Part shown: one piece after another, positions 19,158 through 27,218 of the stretch
How the letters are laid out: every line of letters starts with the position of its first letter
Numbering within the stretch: the first letter of the stretch is position 1
DNA from: Rhodothermia bacterium
Lineage (GTDB): Bacteria; Bacteroidota; Rhodothermia; Rhodothermales; UBA10348
Assembly (NCBI GenBank): GCA_036985715.1
Contig: BTQE01000003.1
Coordinates: 201 to 64,200, forward strand
Length of the DNA: 64,000 bases
Reading direction: 5' to 3'
The notes under the pieces: model-generated
The model's database searches: none
Told to the model about the DNA's origin: nothing
Seen by the model: the letters and a program-made list of their open reading frames with translations, nothing else
Made by a program: the position numbers and the translations under genes

Positions 19158-20171
19158 TTATCCCATTGGATGATCAAAGCGGCGCGCATGGCGGAATCTG
19201 TGTCTCGCCCGGCTTTCGAGCGCCCCGTGGATGACATAAATTTCAAGTTGCGTCTGGTCCAGAATCGCAACGAGTTCAGCGGTTACCGCTGACGTCGCAT
19301 CCTGTGCCCACTCCATCACCTCTTCCCGGGTTGCGCCGGAGTCAATCAGTTCCTGGAATGCGCCCCGAAGCTCTTCCACCTTGTCGTGCAACGCTTCAAG
19401 CGCTGACACCTGGCGTTCTGACAGTCCAAGTACCGCAATCATGACTTCACGGGCTGCGGCACGGCGCGCTTCCATTTCTTCTCGTCGCTCCTCGAGGGCG
19501 TTACGGCGGTCTTCCCTCAATTGCTCAAGAATGGCTCTCTGATCCTCCGTCAACAGGTCATGCCAAGCATTTTTGAGCCGTTCTTCAAGCGCTTTCAGTT
19601 CTTCACGGAACTCCTCAAATGAGAGCATGCCGTTCCGATGTTGTTCGCGAAGCGCTTTCACGCCGGTCCTGAAGTGCTCGCGCATAGCAGCGATGGCAGC
19701 TTTTTGATCGTCCGTCAAACCCAGATGATCGGCAAATGCGCCTGCCGATGGTGCTCCGCCGAAATCGCCAAATCCGCGCTGTCCGTCAAACCGGTTAGCG
19801 AATCCGCTTCCCTGGCCGTGATCAAATCCAGGACGACCAAAAATATTGCGTCGGTTCTCGAGCCTATTGAGCAGACGCTCAATCTGCTCGTCGCTCAGCC
19901 TCTGCTGCAACTCTGCGGCAACGTACCACAAAAACCCTGGCTCACGAGCTCTGTCCTCATGTGTGGCAAAAGCGCTCTCCAGCACATCCGTTTCATCTGC
20001 ATCCAGTTGAAGATCGCTCGCAATGAACGACACGGACGCGACGATTTCTGCAGTAATATCGGCTTCATCCTCGTCTTGAACGACCGAAGACGAGTCACAT
20101 GCCGCGACTCCCACAGAAAGGAGGCCAACGAGCGCGTAGTAACCAAACCTTCTTTGAAAAAATAATTTCAT
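19158..20171 (-). CDS. Lipoprotein with repeated LTXXQ motifs (Spy/CpxP-like periplasmic chaperone/sensor family)
   Basis: Trimmed to MKLFFQRRFGYYALVGLLSVGVAAC (lipobox). L[ST]xxQ motifs: LSDEQIERL, LTDDQKAAI, LTEDQRAIL, LSERQVSAL. The rest is highly helical and charged. Confidence 0.6.
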   Translation of the reverse strand: MKLFFQRRFGYYALVGLLSVGVAACDSSSVVQDEDEADITAEIVASVSFIASDLQLDADETDVLESAFATHEDRAREPGFLWYVAAELQQRLSDEQIERLLNRLENRRNIFGRPGFDHGQGSGFANRFDGQRGFGDFGGAPSAGAFADHLGLTDDQKAAIAAMREHFRTGVKALREQHRNGMLSFEEFREELKALEERLKNAWHDLLTEDQRAILEQLREDRRNALEERREEMEARRAAAREVMIAVLGLSERQVSALEALHDKVEELRGAFQELIDSGATREEVMEWAQDATSAVTAELVAILDQTQLEIYVIHGALESRARHRFRHARRFDHPMG

Positions 20172-20381
20172 CGGTTTATCTCCCTCGAATATCGACTTCT
20201 TGATGATTGATAGAATCGAATTAGTTTCTTGACCTAATATCGGCCGAAAAGGCTCTTTAGTTGTCACAATTCCGTCACATTTGTCTTTCAATTGATCAGG
20301 GGCAAGAAGAATGCCCTTCTTGGTGCGCGAATCGAGACGCTACGAAAATATATTGGACCAAATCGACCTACTCCGTTTTAT

Positions 20382-21497
20382 TCAGAATGGTTTCAGAACA
20401 GCCTTCAGAACTCTCCAGAGCCCAAGCGTGAGAACAGGTAACACAAAGACGATCCAGTATCCCCATGTCAGAGCACCGTAACCGGAGGCGATCAGATCAA
20501 CAATGCCAATTGCGTTGGCCAGGAATACGGCGAGCACGAGAATAAAGATCGCAATTCCGAATCGAAGGACTCGTGGCATGCTCTTGCCCTTCTCCTCATA
20601 GACTCCGTTTACCCGCTCGTTGAAACCGTGTATGAGACCGATTCCCGTTTCAATCAGTGTCCCAAAGAGAATGATCTGAAAAACGAGACGAAGAACCGGG
20701 ATATTCATCTGGCCCAGCAGAAAGTCAGCTGGAATCGATGTCGAGAGAATCTCGGGGTACTGCCCCAGCATGGCCGTATAGATCATGACTCCCGGAAGCA
20801 TGGCGAGTAGGCCCGCGATACTTCCTGATACGAGGGCTTCTTTCCTTGATACGATGTGTCTGGTGGCAAACAGCATCGCCGGCATGATTCCAACGTTGTA
20901 TGCAGCATAGCGCGCGCCGCTCAGCCACCAATGGGCGCCCTGGCTGGATGCACTGGAGTGTTCTCCGCCGATATTCTCTCCAATTGCAGCGCCGAACATG
21001 TTCACAGCGACGATGATCAACACCAGGAAAACCCCATAAAGAGCGAATGACCAGATGGACAGCGCCTTCTCGATAAGCGGGGTCCCGTAGAATACGAGAA
21101 TGCCCACGACAACGATCATGGTGATAATCCCAACGATGGATGGAATGCCAAACACTTCCTCGGTCAACTCGCCGGCCGCGGATCCCAGGACTGAAACGAC
21201 CAGGATCATCCCCGTTACATAAACGATTTCGTATCCGATCCAGGCTTTTCCCAGAAGCTTGTTTATGAACGAACGGTAATCGTAGGACCTCTGCAGTCTG
21301 GCCAGTTCGAAGGAGATTGCAAGAACGATGCTCCAGATAGTCGCGGAGACCACGATCCCATAGTAGCCGGCTGCCGGACCGTCATTCAGAAAGAATTCCA
21401 CCAGTTCGCGGCCGGTACCATAGCCCCCACCGATGACGATAGATTGAAAAACGAAACCCGGCAGGAGGTATTTCAGGAAAATGGGCGAGCGAAACAT
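20382..21497 (-). CDS. YkvI-type polytopic membrane protein (putative amino-acid/peptide permease)
   Basis: 371 aa and about 11 TM. The N-terminal FQSIVIGGGYGTGRELVEFF resembles the YkvI-family signature as I recall it. Confidence 0.55.
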   Translation of the reverse strand: MFRSPIFLKYLLPGFVFQSIVIGGGYGTGRELVEFFLNDGPAAGYYGIVVSATIWSIVLAISFELARLQRSYDYRSFINKLLGKAWIGYEIVYVTGMILVVSVLGSAAGELTEEVFGIPSIVGIITMIVVVGILVFYGTPLIEKALSIWSFALYGVFLVLIIVAVNMFGAAIGENIGGEHSSASSQGAHWWLSGARYAAYNVGIMPAMLFATRHIVSRKEALVSGSIAGLLAMLPGVMIYTAMLGQYPEILSTSIPADFLLGQMNIPVLRLVFQIILFGTLIETGIGLIHGFNERVNGVYEEKGKSMPRVLRFGIAIFILVLAVFLANAIGIVDLIASGYGALTWGYWIVFVLPVLTLGLWRVLKAVLKPF

Positions 21498-21509
21498 GGA
21501 CTGTTCTCG

Positions 21510-22574
21510 TCAAGTCACGAGCGTCTCAAGTACCGGAACTATTTCGTCGACACCGTCCTCGATCGGCCAGCAGACAGGAATATCCAGGCGGGAATGCAAC
21601 TCCCGCTGGTAGGCACGCAATTTTGCTTCGTCCCATCCAAGCCCATTCAGCGTCACGGCCAGCGTTTCAGCCCCATACATTCGAATGAGCCTGATCTCGT
21701 CTACCGGGTCGGGAACACGTGTTCCGATCTCCTCCTGATCGACAAAGTGCGTTCGAACCGGATAGTGCTGAAGAATCACACCCGCGGCATTTCCGGAAAG
21801 AATAAACTCAGATCCGGCTGGACCGGACGGATTTCTCAGGGAGCCCTGCCCTTCGATAAGGATCAGCTCGGGACTGGACTTCTTTTCGCACTCCAGAATT
21901 ACGCGCTCAATCTCGCCACTGACAAAATCATTCGGCGTCGCGTCGAAAATAAATCCGTGCTGATATCCCTGCATCCAACCGGTTTGACCCGTGTAGAGCA
22001 TCTCGGTACGAATTCCAGCCGCATTGCAGGCCTGCCAGAGTATTCGGCACGTTGTTCTTTTCCCCACGGCACAATCAGTCCCTAGAACCGGGACTACTTT
22101 CGCCCGAATATTCAGGACTTCCCCCGTCCAGAATCTGAGGTCGCCGGTCTTTCGAGGTTGCCGGATGTCGATAAGCTCGACTCCATGTTCTTTCGCCAGT
22201 CGGCTAAATTCAGGATCGTCGCCGAGCACGTCGTGGAGCCCACAAACTACCGTCATGCCATTTTTGATGGCTGTCTTGATCTCGCTTCGACAACTCTCCG
22301 GCAGACCGCCGCCTGAAAAGGCCACTCCCACTACAAAAACGGTCGGTTTGTCGTGATTCTCCAGGTAACTCGCCAAGGTCGAGAAGATCGGCACGCCCAG
22401 CGGTCGCCCGTCCATTACCTCTCCGGCATCTTTTCCAGCGTGCTTTTCATCCAGAACGGCCTTGACCTCGAAACGCTCACTACCCCGGAGCAACCCGTGA
22501 CACGTCTTAGCGAAGTCCGCATGGAGCAGACCGTTCGTAAAAACGACTGCGTCTTGTTTGGTCAGCTTACTCAA
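21510..22574 (-). CDS. DUF1611 protein (DgcN-like N-acetyltransferase family)
   Basis: 354 aa with a P-loop-like VLGTDCAVGKRTT and LIEGQGSL blocks typical of DUF1611. Its start overlaps the epimerase stop by 8 nt. Confidence 0.75.
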   Translation of the reverse strand: MSKLTKQDAVVFTNGLLHADFAKTCHGLLRGSERFEVKAVLDEKHAGKDAGEVMDGRPLGVPIFSTLASYLENHDKPTVFVVGVAFSGGGLPESCRSEIKTAIKNGMTVVCGLHDVLGDDPEFSRLAKEHGVELIDIRQPRKTGDLRFWTGEVLNIRAKVVPVLGTDCAVGKRTTCRILWQACNAAGIRTEMLYTGQTGWMQGYQHGFIFDATPNDFVSGEIERVILECEKKSSPELILIEGQGSLRNPSGPAGSEFILSGNAAGVILQHYPVRTHFVDQEEIGTRVPDPVDEIRLIRMYGAETLAVTLNGLGWDEAKLRAYQRELHSRLDIPVCWPIEDGVDEIVPVLETLVT

Positions 22575-23667
22575 TCGTCACCCTCTCGCAGGATGCAAGA
22601 AATTCCGGATCCAGATCAGCACCGTGACCCGGAGCGTCCGGAATCGAAATACCCTCGGCGGTGATTTCGACGCCTTCCAGAACAGGGTCGATTTTATGAT
22701 CGAAGTGGGTATCCAGATCGGCAAAACGAATGATCTCCCGGGCCGAAACCAGATGCGCTGATGCTGACAATCCCAATCGCGTTTCTGACATACTTCCCAC
22801 CATACACGCCATCCCGAAACCCTCGGCGATATCCGCAATCTTCATCCCGTTAAAGATTCCTGCCGATTTGGCCAGTTTGATATTCAAGAGATCACAACAA
22901 CCGTCCCGAGCAAGAATCTCAGCATCATTGTGATCGAAAACGGATTCGTCAGCCATGATCGGTATCGATGTACTGTTTCGGACTTCCCGAAGCCCTTCGT
23001 AGTCCCAATATTTGACGGGTTGCTCGCAGTATTCTATTCCCTGGTCCGCGATTCGATCGAGTACGGTTTTGGCGGTTTCGCGGTCCCAACCCTGATTGGC
23101 ATCGATTCGGAGAGGTATTTCCGCACCAATGGCCGCGCGGATTGCGCTGATTCGCCGAACGTCGTCTTCCAGACCCGTCCCCAGCTTCACTTTAATGGCT
23201 TGAAAACCCTCCTCCTGAAAAGCGACAGCCCTTTCGGCCATCGCGTCCGGTTCGTCAATCCCGATCGTATTGTCGGAAAAGAAGACTCGCCGAGTCCCCC
23301 CGAGTACTTCGAACAGGGGTCGATCAGAAGCCTTTCCTGCCAGATCATAGAGAGCCATATCGAAAGCACAACGCGCTGTGGTATTGTGAACATAAAGATC
23401 ACGCATCGCCAGCGTATGGCGCTCGATTTCAAGAGGATCCATCCCCATCAGGAGCTGGGCCAGATCGGCGGCAACGGCGACAATCGTACCCTGATTTTCT
23501 CCCGTAATGCGTCTCGTGGGGCTGCCTTCACCCCAACCATACAGCCCTGAATCGGTCCGAATCCTGACGAATACGTTTTGGGTAGAGTCTGAGGATCCCA
23601 ATGCAATTCGAAAGGGTGACCAGTACGGAATATCCGCCTTGAAGAGATCGATTCCGATGATTTTCAT
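22567..23667 (-). CDS. Enolase-superfamily (MLE subgroup) dipeptide epimerase / N-acyl-amino-acid racemase (DgcA-like)
   Basis: Trimmed to MKIIGIDLFKADIPY (366 aa). Catalytic and metal motifs are all present: KxK (AIKVKLG), RIDANQGW, YCEQPV, MADESV, NIKLAKSAG, GSMSET. Confidence 0.8.
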   Translation of the reverse strand: MKIIGIDLFKADIPYWSPFRIALGSSDSTQNVFVRIRTDSGLYGWGEGSPTRRITGENQGTIVAVAADLAQLLMGMDPLEIERHTLAMRDLYVHNTTARCAFDMALYDLAGKASDRPLFEVLGGTRRVFFSDNTIGIDEPDAMAERAVAFQEEGFQAIKVKLGTGLEDDVRRISAIRAAIGAEIPLRIDANQGWDRETAKTVLDRIADQGIEYCEQPVKYWDYEGLREVRNSTSIPIMADESVFDHNDAEILARDGCCDLLNIKLAKSAGIFNGMKIADIAEGFGMACMVGSMSETRLGLSASAHLVSAREIIRFADLDTHFDHKIDPVLEGVEITAEGISIPDAPGHGADLDPEFLASCERVTIE

Positions 23668-23704
23668 TCGTCCGGAATAGTTGGGATCGGTAGAGTTGAG
23701 GGGA

Positions 23705-26700
23705 TTAATCGATTCTAACAGGATCGTATCCACTAACCAGTGAAATTTCGAGGGTGTTTACTTCAACCCCGAATGCAGCCCAGTCGTCTGCGAAAAACCT
23801 GTTTGCATCTTCAATCAGTATCCGAAGGACTTCTCGAACCTTGGAAATTGCCCGCTCTTCGGTTGAAGTTGGCAGATTGTAGCCCGAACCGATATAGCTG
23901 GAGGCGGTGTGCAGATACGCACTGACCGTATACGGATCTCGATAGATTCCTTGTTTTCCTTGTGCTCCGAACAGGCGATCGTTAAACGTGACCAAGGAAT
24001 CTTTCATCGTTTCGGAAGACCTCCTGACGGCTTTGGCGGCGTCATCGTCTCTATCTTCGATCTGTACCAACAGCATTTCGATAGACTCGATCGCGTTTCG
24101 CACGTTGTCCACAACCTCGGTAGCGCGTCGCGTCAGTCCAGATAATACGTCAGACAACTCTGAGCGTGCTTGTAGACCCGCCGTTCCTAAATCCAATCTG
24201 GGGTCGAGATAAACTTCTATTGTTGATTCACTCGAAACGGTGCCGTACGTGACTCTAGCCGTGTACGTACCGGGAAGCACACGTCGTCCTGAAGGTTCGG
24301 GAGCGTCGTCGTCCGGTTTTTCAAGGTTTGGAAAACGAACGCCCTTTCGCGTGAGATTCCATTCGGTTCGATTGATTCCATCTTTCGCGGGGCCGCTAAA
24401 TGTGCGAATAACGTTCCCATCACCGTCCATTATGTCAATCTCGACTTCGATTTCCTCCTCGTCGTCTTCCTCGTCTTTGTTTTCGTCATCTGCGTCTTCA
24501 GCGTCACTCTTATCGTCTTCGCTCGCCTCGTAGAGGTCAGAATTGATCGAATAGGACAGCCTCGCGCCAGTCGGCCGATTTGCACCCGCAAATATGGCGT
24601 TCCCCCGAAATCGGGTACCGGATGCCTGAATGTTTGAGGCTAGATACGCGTCAGGAACCTCATACACGCGCACGGCCTCGTCCAGAATCTGAACACCCTC
24701 CGACGCAATAGCTCGAAGCGGCCGAATGTCATCCAGAACGTAGGCGGATCGACCAAACGTACCGATAACCAGGTCATATTCGCGAGGGTGAATCACCAGG
24801 TCCATTGTTGACGCGGTTGGAAAGCCGTTCGTCCATTTCGTCCACTCTTCCCCCCCATCCACGGAAACGTACAGGCCGAATTCCGTACCGAGAAAGAACA
24901 ATTTCTCCTCGATAGGATCCTGCACAATGGAAAGCGCATAACCCGAGACCTCATCACGATCCACCATTCGCTCCCAGCGCTGACCCCAGTCGCGCGTCCG
25001 AAAGACATACGGTCTCCAGTTATTGCGGCGGTGGTCTTCAATCACCGCGAAGGCCTCGGCTTCGTTAAATGTCGATGGCTTAATCTGCGTGACCCATGAG
25101 CCCTCGGCGACGCCCCGAATATTCTTCGCAACGTTTTCCCACGTTTCACCGCCGTCGCGCGTGAGCTGGATGTTGCCATCGTCCGTGCCCACCCAAAGCA
25201 CGCCTTCCCTCAGGGGACTGGCACCGATTGAAACGATGGTCGCGAAATTCTCCGCCTGCGTAACGTCATAGGTGAGCCCGCCCGACTCGAGCTGCTTCTG
25301 TTTCTCCGGATCATTGGTCGTCAGATCGGGAGAGATGATCGACCAGCTGTTCCCCTTATCTGTACTCTTGTTTAGAAATTGGCTCCCATAGTAAATCGTG
25401 GAAACATCGAACGGATCCTGGGCAAATCCCGCGTTCCAGTTGAATCGCAAGATTTCGCCTTCAGGATGAAGTGGTTTGAGATACTTGGAATTCCCCGTCA
25501 CTTTGTCGTAGCGACGAAGACTCCCTCCCTGACTCATCGCATAGCCAAATCGAGAATTTTCCGGATCGGGAGAGACGTCAAATCCATCACCGAACCCAAC
25601 TTCCTGCCAGTAACTGTTTCGAATTCCGCCTGATTTCCAGACGTAGGCAGGACCGATCCAGGAGCCATTGTCCTGCATACCTCCCATCACGTTGTATGGG
25701 ATTTCCATGTCCACGTTGATATGGTAAAACTGGGCGACAGGCAAGTTTTCAGCAAAGCGCCATGTCTTCCCGCGGTCCCGCGAAATGCTCAGCCCGCCAT
25801 CGTTTCCATCGATGATGTAGTCCTTATTGGTGGGATCAATCCAGAACGCATGATGGTCCGGATGGACACCGACCGGGCCGTAGCTCTGCATGAGTTGTGT
25901 GAATGATCGACCCCCATCATCGCTTACGGACACAACGGACTGGACATGATAGAGTCGATTCTCGTTGGCCGAATCCACGAAAATGTCCTGATAGTAAAAC
26001 GGCCGCTGAGTTATCTGGGCCGAATCGTTGACGTTAGTCCACGAATCTCCTCCGTCGGTCGAACGGAAAAGTGCGTTCTTCTCGGCTTCGACGAGCGCAT
26101 AGGCCACGTTGGGGTCACTTTGAGCAAAAGCCAGTCCGATTCGCCCGAGTTCTCCTTTGGGTAGACCGTCCTCGTCCGTTTGCCGCTTCCAGGTCTCACC
26201 CCCGTCGTATGTCACCTGAAGGGACGACCCTGGTCCCCCTGACTTAAAAAACCATGGCCAGCGACGGAATTCCCACATCCCAACCAGAATGTGATCCGGA
26301 TTCGATGGGTCCATGACCATATCGCCGACACCCGTCTTCTCGTTCTCATAGAGAATCTTCTTGAAAGACTTCCCACCGTCCGTTGTTTTGAAAACACCCC
26401 TTGTTTTCGTCTCTCCGTAAACAGGCCCAAGCGCTCCGATGTACGCTACATCAGGATTGTCCGGATGCAGCAAAATCCGGTGAATACTTCTCGTTTCTTC
26501 GAGTCCCAGGAAGGTCCAGGAGCTCCCACCATCTATCGTTTTGAACAGGCCGTTTCCAGCCGACACGCTGTTCCTCGGATTCCCCTCGCCCGTTCCAACC
26601 CAGATCACATCCGGATTGGACTGGTTGATGGCGATCGCGCCGATCGAATGAGCCGATTCCTCGTCGAAGATCGGTTCCCACTCGACGCCTCCACTCGTGG

Positions 26701-26932
26701 ATCGCCATAAACCGCCTGAGGCCGTACCCGCATAAATGATATCCGGGTTGCCATGTACGGCGTCTATTGCCGTAACTCGTCCACTCATCCCGGCCGGTCC
26801 GATACTCCGAGGCTTCATCGCCTCGAATTTTTCCATGTCCAGCTGCTGAGCCCCGGTCACAGGTACGGTGATCGAGGCAAGTGTCAGAATGGCGAGATAC
26901 GCGCAGTACGATCGAAAACGTGGGGCAGTCAT
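23705..26932 (-). CDS. Sortilin/VPS10-like BNR (Asp-box) double-propeller protein, secreted; paralog 3 (more divergent, with an acidic insert)
   Basis: ORF 23705..27121 trimmed to MTAPRFRSYCAYLAILTLASITVPVTGAQQ (1075 aa). Asp-boxes include STSGGVEW, TIDGGSSW, TTDGGKSF, TYDGGETW, STDGGDSW, SDDGGRSF, SRDRGKTW, STDKGNSW, TRDGGETW, TRDWGQRW, SVDGGEEW. The start codon is uncertain. Confidence 0.8.
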   Translation of the reverse strand: MTAPRFRSYCAYLAILTLASITVPVTGAQQLDMEKFEAMKPRSIGPAGMSGRVTAIDAVHGNPDIIYAGTASGGLWRSTSGGVEWEPIFDEESAHSIGAIAINQSNPDVIWVGTGEGNPRNSVSAGNGLFKTIDGGSSWTFLGLEETRSIHRILLHPDNPDVAYIGALGPVYGETKTRGVFKTTDGGKSFKKILYENEKTGVGDMVMDPSNPDHILVGMWEFRRWPWFFKSGGPGSSLQVTYDGGETWKRQTDEDGLPKGELGRIGLAFAQSDPNVAYALVEAEKNALFRSTDGGDSWTNVNDSAQITQRPFYYQDIFVDSANENRLYHVQSVVSVSDDGGRSFTQLMQSYGPVGVHPDHHAFWIDPTNKDYIIDGNDGGLSISRDRGKTWRFAENLPVAQFYHINVDMEIPYNVMGGMQDNGSWIGPAYVWKSGGIRNSYWQEVGFGDGFDVSPDPENSRFGYAMSQGGSLRRYDKVTGNSKYLKPLHPEGEILRFNWNAGFAQDPFDVSTIYYGSQFLNKSTDKGNSWSIISPDLTTNDPEKQKQLESGGLTYDVTQAENFATIVSIGASPLREGVLWVGTDDGNIQLTRDGGETWENVAKNIRGVAEGSWVTQIKPSTFNEAEAFAVIEDHRRNNWRPYVFRTRDWGQRWERMVDRDEVSGYALSIVQDPIEEKLFFLGTEFGLYVSVDGGEEWTKWTNGFPTASTMDLVIHPREYDLVIGTFGRSAYVLDDIRPLRAIASEGVQILDEAVRVYEVPDAYLASNIQASGTRFRGNAIFAGANRPTGARLSYSINSDLYEASEDDKSDAEDADDENKDEEDDEEEIEVEIDIMDGDGNVIRTFSGPAKDGINRTEWNLTRKGVRFPNLEKPDDDAPEPSGRRVLPGTYTARVTYGTVSSESTIEVYLDPRLDLGTAGLQARSELSDVLSGLTRRATEVVDNVRNAIESIEMLLVQIEDRDDDAAKAVRRSSETMKDSLVTFNDRLFGAQGKQGIYRDPYTVSAYLHTASSYIGSGYNLPTSTEERAISKVREVLRILIEDANRFFADDWAAFGVEVNTLEISLVSGYDPVRID

Positions 26933-27218
26933 GCGTCTAAAGAATTGGTGGGTATAGATCCGAGCCCTCGCCCAGGCAAATGGACGCGACTGAAAATACA
27001 TCAGCACGGAATCAAAGACGGCGCGACCACGCTTATTATCGATCGCTGTCTCCAGGTTTTCAGGCAGCACTGCCAAAATATTATCAGGAAAAAGAGTGGG
27101 ATCGGCCAGCACCGGCTCCACTCAACCTTCTGGTGGATGAATCGATTTTATATTCATTTGTGGCTAATAATTTCCTATTCTCTCGGCGCCACATCTCTAT
27201 CACCTGTCGAAACGATCT

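Noticed and set aside
18219-27121. N-terminal extensions of ORFs 15162..18350, 18331..19140, 19158..20291, 22567..23733, 23705..27121 and 48113..50071
   Set aside because: The extensions precede obvious signal peptides or conserved N-termini and create overlaps with upstream genes. Internal ATG starts were verified in the sequence and adopted instead.
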